Source: Candidatus Omnitrophota bacterium
GTDB taxonomy: Bacteria > Ratteibacteria > UBA8468 > MWAK01
Length of the DNA: 58,226 nucleotides
Reading direction: 5' to 3'
NCBI GenBank assembly: GCA_043797665.1
Contig: JAZDPL010000039.1
Location: forward strand, 1-58,226
The notes under the pieces were generated by a model that had not been told where the DNA came from, did not search any database, and saw only the letters and a program-made list of their open reading frames with translations. The position numbers and the translations under genes are program-made. Each line of letters starts with the position of its first letter. Positions within the stretch are counted from its first letter, which is position 1. This document shows, in pieces, positions 8,996 through 18,658 of this stretch.

Positions 8996-10036
8996 ATGGC
9001 GGAAACATACCGAAATCTCTACGATAGGCTTTGCTCATTTGAAAACCTTCTGCTGGCAGGCAAGAAGGCACAAAAGGGTAAAAAATTTAAAGAGAATACC
9101 GCCAGGTTCAATTTTTATCTGGAACCGGAGTTGTTAAGATTGCAGGACGAACTATTAAGCCAGACCTATCAGCCAGGCAAATACCGAAAGTTTGTAGTCT
9201 ATGATCCCAAGAGACGGCTCATCAGCGCCGCCCCTTATCGGGACAGGGTCGTTCATCATGCTTTATGCAACATAATCCAACCGCTTTTAGAAAAAAGTTT
9301 TATCTTTGACACCTATGCCAATCGCATAGGCAAAGGAACTCATAAGGCGATTATACGATGCCAGGAATTTAGCCGAAAGAATAAATATGTTCTGAAATTT
9401 GATATCGTAAAATATTTCGACAGTATAGACCGAAAAATCCTTTTTCAAACAGTAGCCCGGAAGATAAGAGACGAAAAGGTGTTGTGGCTTGTCCGGCAGA
9501 TTTTGGCTCTGTCCAAAAATTACCTGGACGACTCAAACCAACCTTCCCTGTTCCCGGATGTTAAAGGAATGCCTATCGGCAATCTTACCAGCCAGTTCTT
9601 TGCCAACCTCTACCTGGATGGTTTCGACCATTTCGTAAAAGAACGCCTTGGATGCCGGTATTACATCCGCTATGTTGATGATTTCGTCATCCTTGACGAC
9701 GATAAGAAGAAACTGCGGGAAATAAGAAACAAGGTAGAAGGATACCTTGCCGGAATTCACCTGAAGATACATCCGGGCAAAACGCAGATTTTCCCGGTAA
9801 TGCAGGGTGTAGAATTTCTGGGTTTCAGAATTTTCCCCACGCACCGCCTCTTAAAAAAGCAGAATTTTTTCCATTATAGAAGGCATTTGAAGTGCTTGCA
9901 TAAACTATACACTGAAGGTAATCTGAGTTTCGCAAAGTTAAAACAATCTGTAGATTCTTGGGTTGCACATGTGCGTTGGGGTGACACCTGGGGATTGAGA
10001 AAGAAGCTGTTTGCCGAATTCCCTATGTCTATTTGA
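8996..10036 (+). CDS. DGR reverse transcriptase
   Basis: PKRRLISAAPYRDRVVHHAL, GKGTH, FDIVKYFDSI, GMPIGNLTSQFFAN (DGR-type SQ motif), RYVDDF, FLGF; 346 aa with no maturase or endonuclease tail. Confidence 0.95.
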   Translation: MAETYRNLYDRLCSFENLLLAGKKAQKGKKFKENTARFNFYLEPELLRLQDELLSQTYQPGKYRKFVVYDPKRRLISAAPYRDRVVHHALCNIIQPLLEKSFIFDTYANRIGKGTHKAIIRCQEFSRKNKYVLKFDIVKYFDSIDRKILFQTVARKIRDEKVLWLVRQILALSKNYLDDSNQPSLFPDVKGMPIGNLTSQFFANLYLDGFDHFVKERLGCRYYIRYVDDFVILDDDKKKLREIRNKVEGYLAGIHLKIHPGKTQIFPVMQGVEFLGFRIFPTHRLLKKQNFFHYRRHLKCLHKLYTEGNLSFAKLKQSVDSWVAHVRWGDTWGLRKKLFAEFPMSI

Positions 10037-10055
10037 ATGGAGTATACACTTTTAC

Positions 10056-11159
10056 ATGACCAAAAGAGAGAATTATACCCGGATATTGAAGAAAGAGCGA
10101 GCCGAAAGGCTTCCCTTTGTACCGAATTTTGACCACTGGCTCAATGTCAACCGCACCAACAAAACCCTGCCCAAAGAATACCAGGATATGAGTCGCAACG
10201 ATATCGTCCGGGCAGTGGGGGGTACCATCTGGGCCCGCACCGGCGTTATAGAAACAAGTTACAGCCCGGAGATTGAGGTCACCAAAAGCGAGTCTGGCGA
10301 CAGAATCATCACCGAATACCGGACACCGGTCGGTACCGTCCGGACTCTACACCAGTACGCTACCGACCTTACCCGGGCTCTCTTCCTGAAGGAACACTGG
10401 GTTAAGAAGGTTGATGATATCCGGGTAGTTAAGTATATCGCCGAACATATCCGCTATTCCCTGAATACGGACCCTTTCTTGCAGAGCGAGCGGGAGGTGG
10501 GCGAGGACGGACTCTCCCTGGTTTCCCCGCCCCTCTGCCTTCCTTATATTGAGTTCGGTAAGAACGATGCCGGCTGGGAGAGGGGGATCTACCTTTTTGC
10601 TGATTACCAGAAAGAGGTAGAGGAGCTGATGGAAGTTTATACCTTTAAGGCAGAGGAAGCGGCTCGCCTGCTGGCCTCAAGTCCGGTTCTGGTCGTCCAT
10701 CAGGGAGACAATATGGACGAGTGGACCACTCCACCCGGAACCTTCCGGAAGTACGCCATTCCTTTCTACCGCAGGATCGCCCATATTCTCCACCAGGCCG
10801 GGAAGATCTATGAAGTTCACTGGTGCGGCCGGACCGAACATCTCCTTCCTTTTGTCCCGGAATGTGATATTGATGTCGTGGAGGCAATGGCAACCAGGCC
10901 GATGAGCAGACTGACCATTCCGGAAGCCCTGAAACTTGTTGGTGAAAACGTGGTGATTCAGGGTGGAATTCCTTCGGTACTGCTCTGTTCTCAGGGCGGC
11001 AGCCGGCAAGATTTTAAGGATTACCTGGAAAACCTCCTTCCCGGAGTTCCGCACGGGTACCGTTTTGCCCTCGGGATGGGCGACAATGTTCCGCCGGACG
11101 CTGATTTTGAACGGGTGAAGATGGTTGCAGAAATCCTGAAATTGTCGGCATCCGTTTAG
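10056..11159 (+). CDS. URO-D/MtaA superfamily protein
   Basis: MTKREN start (10056), EYRTPVG, GDN, HWCG, GGIPS, GMGDNVPP. Confidence 0.75.
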   Translation: MTKRENYTRILKKERAERLPFVPNFDHWLNVNRTNKTLPKEYQDMSRNDIVRAVGGTIWARTGVIETSYSPEIEVTKSESGDRIITEYRTPVGTVRTLHQYATDLTRALFLKEHWVKKVDDIRVVKYIAEHIRYSLNTDPFLQSEREVGEDGLSLVSPPLCLPYIEFGKNDAGWERGIYLFADYQKEVEELMEVYTFKAEEAARLLASSPVLVVHQGDNMDEWTTPPGTFRKYAIPFYRRIAHILHQAGKIYEVHWCGRTEHLLPFVPECDIDVVEAMATRPMSRLTIPEALKLVGENVVIQGGIPSVLLCSQGGSRQDFKDYLENLLPGVPHGYRFALGMGDNVPPDADFERVKMVAEILKLSASV

Positions 11160-11266
11160 GTTTTCCGTACGGGGTTGCTTTTGTATTCTGAATATACTAC
11201 AATTGTATTCAAATATAACTACGAAGATCGGGCATTAACAATACAATTTATACGAGGGCGGAGACT

Positions 11267-12505
11267 ATGAAAAAAAAGTATGTTTTAGCGGGAGCAAGCG
11301 GCCGGGCACTCTATATGTACGGTCTGCCCCTGAAGGAAAGGTTTAGTGACGTAGCGGAAGTGGTAGGAATTCTGGACGTTAACCCGATCCGCGCCGAAAA
11401 GGTAAGGGAGATGGCTGGTTTGACCTGTAAGGTCTATTCCGATTTTGATGCGATGGTTAAGGAGACTAAGCCGGACGTCTCCATCGTCACTACGGTTGAC
11501 CGGTTTCATCACCTCTATATAGTTAAGTCTTTAGAGGCGGGTCTTGATGCGATTACGGAAAAGCCGATGACCATTGATGCGGAAAAGTGCAACGCCATCC
11601 TGGAGGCAGAGAAGAAGACCGGCAAAAAGGTAATCGTTACCTTTAACTACCGGTTTACACCTTACATCACCCGGATAAAGGAGTTGCTGTTGGAGGGTGC
11701 GGTAGGCAAGATTCTCAGTGTTCATTTTGAGTGGCTCCTGGACACTTCCCACGGTGCGGATTACTTCCGCAGATGGCACCGCCGGCTGGAAAACTCCGGC
11801 GGACTTTTGGTTCATAAGGCAACCCACCATTTTGACATAGTCAACTGGTGGTTGGAAGAAGAGCCGGAGACGGTAATGGCGTACGGCTCATTAAGATTTT
11901 ACGGACCAACCCGCAAAGAACGGGGGGAACGTTGTCTGGACTGCAAATATAAAAAAACCTGCGAGTTTTACTTTGATTTAACCGCTGAGGGTGGATTTCC
12001 TTCAAAACAACTTTACCTGGAGACGGAGAAGGCTGACGGCTACTACCGGGACCGGTGCGTTTTCAGCGAGGAGATAGACATTTACGACACGATGAGCGTT
12101 AATGTCAAGTACTCCGGCGGCGCGTTCTTAACCTATTCCCTGACTGCCCACAGCCCTTACGAGGGGTTTAAGGCATCCCTCAACGGAACTGCGGGCCGGA
12201 TGGAAATCGCCGAGTATCACAGCGGTCAGCGGGTAAGCGAACCAGTCTATTACCTGGACCTTTATAACCGAAAGGGAGAAAAGGTCAATTACACGGTACC
12301 CAAGGCAGTCGGCGGGCACGGCGGCGGCGACGAAAAACTTCAGGATATGCTTTTCCGGGGCGGTATCCCTGACCCTCTGGGTCACCAGGCCGGTTCTTAT
12401 GCCGGAGCCATATCCATCCTGATTGGTGCCTCTGCCAACAAATCTATTGTCGAAGGAAAACCAATCCGGCTCAAGGACCTGGTTCCCTTAGACCGGTATA
12501 AGTAG
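11267..12505 (+). CDS. Gfo/Idh/MocA-family oxidoreductase (YteT-like)
   Basis: EKPM, FNYRF, HGADYFRRWH, GGLLVHKATHHFD, GHGGGD. Confidence 0.85.
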   Translation: MKKKYVLAGASGRALYMYGLPLKERFSDVAEVVGILDVNPIRAEKVREMAGLTCKVYSDFDAMVKETKPDVSIVTTVDRFHHLYIVKSLEAGLDAITEKPMTIDAEKCNAILEAEKKTGKKVIVTFNYRFTPYITRIKELLLEGAVGKILSVHFEWLLDTSHGADYFRRWHRRLENSGGLLVHKATHHFDIVNWWLEEEPETVMAYGSLRFYGPTRKERGERCLDCKYKKTCEFYFDLTAEGGFPSKQLYLETEKADGYYRDRCVFSEEIDIYDTMSVNVKYSGGAFLTYSLTAHSPYEGFKASLNGTAGRMEIAEYHSGQRVSEPVYYLDLYNRKGEKVNYTVPKAVGGHGGGDEKLQDMLFRGGIPDPLGHQAGSYAGAISILIGASANKSIVEGKPIRLKDLVPLDRYK

Positions 12506-12578
12506 GGGCTTGATTCATCAAGCCCGCGGGTCGGATAAACCTGTCCCTGTGTGTAGTAAACAGGGATCCGACCCCTAC
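12502..12578. repeat. GTAG-type REP doublet carrying a nested 27-nt insertion
   Basis: GTAGGGGCTTGATTCATCAAGCCCGCGGGTCGGATAAA[27 nt]TCCGACCCCTAC; supplies the TAG stop of the upstream gene. Confidence 0.9.
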
Positions 12579-12583
12579 GTCAA

Positions 12584-14038
12584 ATGGATATTGAGAAGTT
12601 TGCAGGTTTACTACCCGGATATCATCCGTACCCGGAGTCGTTCCGCCAGAGAGGCGGGGCCTCTTTGCCGGGAGGCGGGGCCTCTTTTATAATGGTGCGG
12701 GATGAGCAACAGAAGTACCTGGCGGTATCAGGTGAAGGAAGCAAAAAATTTGAAGGTACTGTTTTAAACGACAGCCTCAGGATGTGTCCGCTGAACGGAC
12801 GCAACGCCGCACGCATCCGGGAAATCTTTCCGGAACTTAAACCGGTACCAGCCAGCCAAAAAATTTCCTTTGGGTTTGGTGACCGTTTGGGTTTAGCCAC
12901 GCCCGGCCATATAAAAAGTTTAGGAGCCCGGCCGGTCTTTCCTGTTTTTGCCCAGCAGTCGGTCCGGGAGAACGCCCGCACCAAAAGGACTCCCCGGGAT
13001 GTCGTGGACGATGCCTCCTGGGGCTGCCTTCAGGCCGGATATATTGGTCCCTTTGGTGCTGACGCCGACCACCTGAAGGAGATTTCCCAATTAAAAGAGG
13101 CGGTATCCGCAGGCTATTCTATGTTCACCATAGACCTCTCCGACTATATCAAAAACCCGGCGGAGATGCCTCCGGAAGAGGAAGCGCGCTGTTTAGCTTT
13201 AATACCTAATATCAACGAAGTTGAGGACTTCTTCCAGGAGAAAGAGTATACCATTGCCGGCAAATCCTACCGGTTCTCCTTACCGGAGATAAGACGGCTG
13301 ATTGTTACCTTTGTGCCGGGTTTAAGATTTGCGATTGAGTGCTGCCAAATTCTGGAAGCGTCTTTGCCCGCGTTTGACTTTGAAGTTTCGGTTGACGAGA
13401 CCAAACAGACCACCACACCTTTAGCCCACATCTTTGTCGTGGAGTATCTGCGGAGGAACAAAGTTCCCTTCACCAGCCTTGCCCCAAAATTCCCCGGTGA
13501 GTTCGAAAAGGCGATTGATTATAAAGGAGACCTTGCGGAATTTGAAGAGATCTTCCGCCGACACACCGAAATCTGCCGGTTCTTTGGCGGGTATAAGATG
13601 AGTATCCATTCCGGAAGCGATAAGTTTGCGGTCTACCCCATCATCCGGAAAATCAGCGACGCCTTCCACGTCAAGACCGCAGGAACCAGTTGGCTCCAGG
13701 CGGTCAAGACTCTGGCGTTGAGAACGCCTTCTTTTTACCGCCGGATTCATCAATGTGCGCTCAACAACATCAGCCAGGACCGGATAGGATACTCGGTCAA
13801 CCTTGATATAAATAAGATTCCACCGCTGGATAGCATTGAGGACGGTGGTCTCACCACCCTGTTTTCCCTCCCGGATTGCCGGCAGCTGCTTCACATTACC
13901 TACGGTTCGGTTCTGGCTCAGTTCCGGTCGGAAATGTTTGGTTCGCTCCAACGCTATGAGGAAGACCATTACCGGTTAATAACCGAACACCTGAACAAAC
14001 ACCTGGATTTACTTCTTCCCGGATGTCATTCTGAGTGA
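12584..14038 (+). CDS. uxaE: Tagaturonate/fructuronate epimerase UxaE family
   Basis: SFGFGDRLGLATPGH, AQQSVRE, GADADHLK, DFEVSVDE, HSGSDKF, HVKTAGTSW, RQLLHITYGSVL. Confidence 0.88.
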   Translation: MDIEKFAGLLPGYHPYPESFRQRGGASLPGGGASFIMVRDEQQKYLAVSGEGSKKFEGTVLNDSLRMCPLNGRNAARIREIFPELKPVPASQKISFGFGDRLGLATPGHIKSLGARPVFPVFAQQSVRENARTKRTPRDVVDDASWGCLQAGYIGPFGADADHLKEISQLKEAVSAGYSMFTIDLSDYIKNPAEMPPEEEARCLALIPNINEVEDFFQEKEYTIAGKSYRFSLPEIRRLIVTFVPGLRFAIECCQILEASLPAFDFEVSVDETKQTTTPLAHIFVVEYLRRNKVPFTSLAPKFPGEFEKAIDYKGDLAEFEEIFRRHTEICRFFGGYKMSIHSGSDKFAVYPIIRKISDAFHVKTAGTSWLQAVKTLALRTPSFYRRIHQCALNNISQDRIGYSVNLDINKIPPLDSIEDGGLTTLFSLPDCRQLLHITYGSVLAQFRSEMFGSLQRYEEDHYRLITEHLNKHLDLLLPGCHSE

Positions 14039-14080
14039 AACGAAGAATCTCGAGATCCTTCGCTGGCGCTCAGGATGACA
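14024..14080. repeat. TGTCATTC-type palindromic doublet
   Basis: TGTCATTCTGAGTGAAACGAAGAATCT..GAGATCCTTCGCTGGCGCTCAGGATGACA; provides the last codons and stop of uxaE. Confidence 0.85.
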
Positions 14081-14101
14081 TTCTATGTCATTGAGGGGGT
14101 T

Positions 14102-15199
14102 ATGGAATACAGCGACAAGTATTTAGCCTTTATGGGTAAGGCGCCCAAGCGCATACCCCACTGGGAACACTGGTCCTGTCCGGATGCGGAGACCTACCTT
14201 ACCGGCATAGACTATTACGAACATCCTAAACTCTGCCGGGTGAAGATGAAGGAACTCTATCCCCGGTTAGAACTCCCGGTTCCGGAGACCGACGAACCAA
14301 AACCAAAACCCCAACTCAGCCCGGACGGCGAAAGTTCCATGGAAGACGAGGAAGGCAGGCATCACGTCCGTTGGGGTGACGGAATAACCACTCACTGGGA
14401 CTGGGGAAAAGAGTTTAAGAACGCGAAAGATGTCTTTGCTTTTTCTCCACTCCGGCACGCTGATTTTAATAAGACACCGGTGGTTGAATCCCGTGACTAT
14501 TCCGACGAGGAAAAGTTATACCAGGAATACCGGAAGAACTACCCGGCGGGGGGGGGAGATAAGGCGCCGGAAGGTTCCACGGAAAGCGTTGGGTTCTACA
14601 ACACGATGTTTATGTGGCCCCTTCTCACCTTTGGCTGGGAACTCTTTTTAGAGACCTGCTTAGATTCCAGGTTTGAGAGGATAATGGATGAGTTTGCGGA
14701 GATTAACCGCCGGGTTTTCCGGGTCTTTAGCCGTTTGCCGGTCAGGTTTGTCATCTGCCACGACGACATCGTTAACGCCCGCGGACCGGTCTGCTCCCCT
14801 GCCTGGATGCACAAGTATGTTTTTCCCCGTTACGAAGAGTTCTGGGGCATAGTAAAGAGCGCCGGTAAAGAAGTTCTCTTTATGGCGGACGGCTGTATGG
14901 ACGTTTACGCAGACGATGTCTTTGCCTGCGGTGCCCGGGGAATCATTACCGAGCCTTATACCGACTTTAAAACGATTGCCCGTAAACACAAAGACTGTTT
15001 TCTGGCCGGCGAAGGCGACAACCGTATTCTCTGCCGCAACGCCACCGATGAAATTAAAAAGATGGTGGGCAATATGGTGGAGACCGCCAGGATGACCGGT
15101 GGTTACATGATGTGTATCGGCAACCACATTCCCTGGAACGTACCGCCGGAAGCAATCAAGGCGTACCTTGACCTTTCTGCGGAGTTAGCCCGGCGGTAA
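14102..15199 (+). CDS. URO-D/MtaA superfamily protein
   Basis: CHDDI, YVFPRY, FMADG, EPYTD, CIGNHIPWNVP. Start at ATG 14102 after GAGGGGG; the ATG at 14075 lies within a repeat. Confidence 0.72.
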   Translation: MEYSDKYLAFMGKAPKRIPHWEHWSCPDAETYLTGIDYYEHPKLCRVKMKELYPRLELPVPETDEPKPKPQLSPDGESSMEDEEGRHHVRWGDGITTHWDWGKEFKNAKDVFAFSPLRHADFNKTPVVESRDYSDEEKLYQEYRKNYPAGGGDKAPEGSTESVGFYNTMFMWPLLTFGWELFLETCLDSRFERIMDEFAEINRRVFRVFSRLPVRFVICHDDIVNARGPVCSPAWMHKYVFPRYEEFWGIVKSAGKEVLFMADGCMDVYADDVFACGARGIITEPYTDFKTIARKHKDCFLAGEGDNRILCRNATDEIKKMVGNMVETARMTGGYMMCIGNHIPWNVPPEAIKAYLDLSAELARR

Positions 15200-15206
15200 A
15201 AAAAGT

Positions 15207-15263
15207 TGTCATTCTGAACGGAGTGAAGAATCTCGAGATCCTTCGCTGGCGCTCAGGATGACA
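15207..15263. repeat. TGTCATTC-type palindromic doublet
   Basis: Close copy of 14024-14080. Confidence 0.85.
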
Positions 15264-15291
15264 CTACTCTTATAAGTATCCGGAGGTGTTT

Positions 15292-16332
15292 ATGGCTAAG
15301 GTGAAGAGAAATTTTTCAATGAAGGCGTACTGGGACAAGATTACCGAAGACTGGGAACCGGTCCTTAAGTTCAAGGGAAAGACCAAGGCTGACTGGGAGG
15401 AGTGGCGCATCAAGGCTTCTGCCAAATACCTGGAACTTTTGGGCCCTTTTCCCGGAAGAGTTCCCCTGGAAGCGATGGTTGAGTCTTCGGTAGAAGACGG
15501 GGACTTGATTCGGGAACGGGTGGTCTTTAATTCCGAAGAGTTTATGTCGGTGCCCTGCCAGGTCCTTAAGCCTAAGGATATGAAACCGGACCGGAGTAAC
15601 CCGGCGATTCTGTGCAGTCACGGACACGGTCCGTTCGGGAAGGATGCGGTGGCTGGAGTAAAGTCGGGAAGCGAACTGCTCGCCAGCATCAAGGAGCATA
15701 ATTACAACTACGCCGAGCAGATGGCCAAGGCGGGTTTTCTCACCATCGCGCCGGACTTGCGGGTTTTCGGTGAACGCCGGGACGGGCTTGACCCGTTTCC
15801 CGGACGGGACCCCTGCAACGTCAACTTTATCAAAGGCGCCCTTTTGGGTATCTACACCCTGACCCTTAACATCTGGGATATGATGTGCTGTGTTGACTAC
15901 CTGGAGACCAGGCCTGAGGTTGATAAGAACCGGATCGGTATGATGGGACTCTCCCAGGGCGGAACGATGACCACCTTTGCCACCGCGGCGGAACCCAGAA
16001 TCAAGGCGGCCGACATCATCGGCTACGCCGGCCCCTGGCGGGAGTTCGGGATAAAGAGGGCAAACTTCTGTGGTTCCCAGATAGTACCGGGCATCCACCG
16101 GTACTTTGACACCGACGACATCCAGGGTCTAATCGCACCCCGGCCCCTCCTCCTGGAGATGGGTATCTATGACAACTGCTTCTTCATCCAGCATATGCTC
16201 CAGGGCTACCAGGGCGTGAAAAATATTTACCGGTCCGCCGGCGTTGAAGACCGGCTCTGGGCAGACATCTACCCCGGTCCCCACGCCTTTGCCGGCAAAA
16301 AAGCCTTTGAATTTTTTAAAAAGTACTTGTAG
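15292..16332 (+). CDS. Alpha/beta hydrolase (acetylxylan esterase / dienelactone hydrolase-like)
   Basis: HGHG, APDLRVFGER, DYLETRPEVD..RIGMMGLSQGG, IAPRPLL, GPHAF. Confidence 0.8.
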   Translation: MAKVKRNFSMKAYWDKITEDWEPVLKFKGKTKADWEEWRIKASAKYLELLGPFPGRVPLEAMVESSVEDGDLIRERVVFNSEEFMSVPCQVLKPKDMKPDRSNPAILCSHGHGPFGKDAVAGVKSGSELLASIKEHNYNYAEQMAKAGFLTIAPDLRVFGERRDGLDPFPGRDPCNVNFIKGALLGIYTLTLNIWDMMCCVDYLETRPEVDKNRIGMMGLSQGGTMTTFATAAEPRIKAADIIGYAGPWREFGIKRANFCGSQIVPGIHRYFDTDDIQGLIAPRPLLLEMGIYDNCFFIQHMLQGYQGVKNIYRSAGVEDRLWADIYPGPHAFAGKKAFEFFKKYL

Positions 16333-16378
16333 GGGCTTGATTTATCAAGCCCGCGGGTCGGATGAATCCGACCCCTAC
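16329..16378. repeat. GTAG-type REP doublet
   Basis: GTAGGGGCTTGATTTATCAAGCCCGCGGGTCGGATGAATCCGACCCCTAC; supplies the TAG stop of the upstream gene. Confidence 0.9.
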
Positions 16379-16388
16379 AATTGTTAAC

Positions 16389-17573
16389 ATGAATAAAACG
16401 GTTCCGCTGGAAGAAGTGCTGGGACTAATTAAAAAAGAGGTGGACCCGGCTTTATTAAAGAAAGCGCAGGAACGCCAGACTGCGGTCTGGGAAGGCCGGG
16501 AACCGGACTACCTGCCGTTAATCGTGTCCGCGCCGCTTCCGGAGCGTTCTAATTATCCCACCTATGATTTGAAGGAACAGTTTTACGATCCGGAGAAGAT
16601 GCTCTACGAGCAACTCTGGCCGGTTTTGGGTACCCTGCGGGCAAAGGCGGACGGAGTTCCTTCAATCCGGGCAAACTTTGGTACTGCATTCCTGGCATCC
16701 GTCTTTGGTTTGGAACAGGAGGTCTTTTCGGACAAGATGCCCTGGCTCCAGAAACATCTCACTAAAGAAGTGGTTCTCCGTCTTAAGCCGGAAGGATTAG
16801 AGCCGATTTCCGGGAAAGGGTTAATGCCGGAATGCCGGCGATACATTGCGTTTTATCAGGAGAAAATAGGCGACCTTCCCATTAAAATCTACCTGCCGGA
16901 TACCCAGGGACCTTTTGACTTGGCGCACCTGGTTCTGGGTGATGCTATCTTTACGGAACTTTACGACGACCCGGATTTTGTAGCGCACCTTTTAGGTTTG
17001 ACCGCCTATGTCTACCGGCAAGCGTCCCGGACAATCAAAGGCTGGTTTGGCGAACCGGAGAATGGAGGCTGTCACGGCGGCAACCTCTATATGACTAATT
17101 GTGGAGTGCGGTCCTGCGAAGATACCACCACCTTGCTCGCTCCGTCTTCTATCAAAATGATTGTTCCCTTCCTCCGGGAAGCCCTGGCTCCGTTTGGCGG
17201 CTGGCTCCACTTCTGCGGAGGTGGCAAGCACCTTCTGGAGCCGTTTCTGGCATTACCGGAAGTAAAAGGCGTTAATTTTGGCAACCCGGAGAAGTACGAC
17301 TGGGAAAAGACCATAAAACAGATTGCCGATGCCGGAAAGGTCTATTACGGCAATGTTCCCAGAAAAGAGGCTGAGCCTCCCGGCAAAGAGACCGAGCCTC
17401 TTGCCGAATACTTCCGGCGTGTTCTCGCTCCCCTGAAGAGGAAAGGCAACCTCATCTTTTGTCCCACCCTTAACGAAGCCGGGTTTCTCTGTAAAGGGAC
17501 CGAGTCTCAAGAGACCGAGTCTCCCGCGGAAGCCATCGCTACCTGGCACCAGGTCCAGGATTCCCTTTTTTAA
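16389..17573 (+). CDS. URO-D/MtaA-like protein
   Basis: PDTQGPFDLA, ELYDDPDFV, SCED, HFCG, GVNFG. Start moved to 16389 because the ATG at 16362 is repeat-derived. Confidence 0.65.
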   Translation: MNKTVPLEEVLGLIKKEVDPALLKKAQERQTAVWEGREPDYLPLIVSAPLPERSNYPTYDLKEQFYDPEKMLYEQLWPVLGTLRAKADGVPSIRANFGTAFLASVFGLEQEVFSDKMPWLQKHLTKEVVLRLKPEGLEPISGKGLMPECRRYIAFYQEKIGDLPIKIYLPDTQGPFDLAHLVLGDAIFTELYDDPDFVAHLLGLTAYVYRQASRTIKGWFGEPENGGCHGGNLYMTNCGVRSCEDTTTLLAPSSIKMIVPFLREALAPFGGWLHFCGGGKHLLEPFLALPEVKGVNFGNPEKYDWEKTIKQIADAGKVYYGNVPRKEAEPPGKETEPLAEYFRRVLAPLKRKGNLIFCPTLNEAGFLCKGTESQETESPAEAIATWHQVQDSLF

Positions 17574-17620
17574 CCTCTTCCTTGACACGAATCTGCAAAA
17601 ATTTATAGTCTCCTCCTTTG

Positions 17621-18658
17621 TTAAAGCGGATAAGAACCAACCTCCCTGGCAGTTTGAATCATCGCCTGCAGGTTCTCCGGTTTGACTCCGGAGGAGATGG
17701 TGTTGGAGGAAGAAAGGATGTACCTTCCGCCCGGGGAGATTCTTCCGATGCTTTCTTTGGTTTCCTTAGCCACCTCTTCCGCTGAACCCCTGACCAGATG
17801 GTCCACGTTAATACTGCCCATGACGGACACCCTTGGGTAGCGGCTCTTGATTTGGGATAGGTCCACACCGGCATTCTCCTGCAACGGCCCCAGGCAGTCA
17901 AGACCGGTGCCCACCAGCATGTCCATAATCTTCCAGATGTTGCCGTCGGTGTGCTTGATGCAGTATGCGCCGGCTTTATGGATTTCCGCAACTATCCTGG
18001 TAAGACCGGGCAGGATAAACCGCTGAAAATCGGCCGGAGAGACCAAAGGTCCGGTCTTGCCGGCGTAATCGTCTCCCAGGAGAATGATTTCAATCCCTTC
18101 CTTGATGACCCGGCGGTAGAGTTCAATGTGATAATCCGTTACCATCTTTGCCAGCCGCTCCGCTAAGGAGGGGTTGAGTTTGAAGTCAATCAGGAGGTTT
18201 TCCAGTCCGCCCCGCAAATATTGTGGGGCGGCGAAAGCGTCTTCACCCACAAAGATGAGGGCTTTCTTGTCTTTGAACCGGTTGACCATCTCCTTGACTT
18301 CATTGATGATGGCCGGATTTGCCGGGTCCGGAGGGGTGTAGGAGGCAAGGTCCGTCTCCGAATCGATGCGGATCGGAGGAACGACAAAGGGGATGGCTTC
18401 CGCGGTAAACTGCTGGTGTGCTCCCCACTTGTCCCGGGAGATTTTTTTCTTCTCATCCACCCAGTCAATGTCCGGGCTGACTACTCCGGCCAGAGAATTG
18501 ACGGCATCGTAGTATCCGGACTCCTCAATGAAATCATAGTAGGAGCGGCCGGGGTAGAGGGACTGAAAGACCTTGGGGTCAATCCAGAGTTCCGCAATCG
18601 GGACCCGGTCGGGAATCTTGCCGTCCAGGACCGCAAAGATGCGTTCTACTGAATTCAT
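17621..18658 (-). CDS. URO-D/MtaA superfamily protein
   Basis: MNSVERI..PDRVP, GDDYAG, KHTDGN, MGSIN, GGRYILSSSN; coupled to the upstream gene by an ATGA overlap. Confidence 0.8.
   Translation of the reverse strand: MNSVERIFAVLDGKIPDRVPIAELWIDPKVFQSLYPGRSYYDFIEESGYYDAVNSLAGVVSPDIDWVDEKKKISRDKWGAHQQFTAEAIPFVVPPIRIDSETDLASYTPPDPANPAIINEVKEMVNRFKDKKALIFVGEDAFAAPQYLRGGLENLLIDFKLNPSLAERLAKMVTDYHIELYRRVIKEGIEIILLGDDYAGKTGPLVSPADFQRFILPGLTRIVAEIHKAGAYCIKHTDGNIWKIMDMLVGTGLDCLGPLQENAGVDLSQIKSRYPRVSVMGSINVDHLVRGSAEEVAKETKESIGRISPGGRYILSSSNTISSGVKPENLQAMIQTAREVGSYPL

Larger units (their letters stand above)
5399..10037 (+). mobile_element. Diversity-generating retroelement cassette (target - TA - avd - TR - RT)
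   Basis: All canonical DGR components are co-oriented. The block is visibly more AT-rich than the flanking URO-D genes. Boundaries are approximate. Confidence 0.85.

Noticed and set aside
8996..10036. RT as a group II intron, retron or CRISPR-associated RT
   Set aside because: It is short, has the SQ motif, lacks maturase/endonuclease domains and a retron VTG motif, and has avd and a TR/VR pair adjacent.
12510..12692. 60-aa ORF MIHQARGSDK...
   Set aside because: It is composed of REP-derived sequence and overlaps uxaE out of frame.
16362..16388. Upstream start codons given by the ORF track (also 14075, 10011, 18736, 19641, 24551)
   Set aside because: They fall in repeats or overlap neighbouring genes; downstream ATGs fit family N-termini, RBSs or coupling better.
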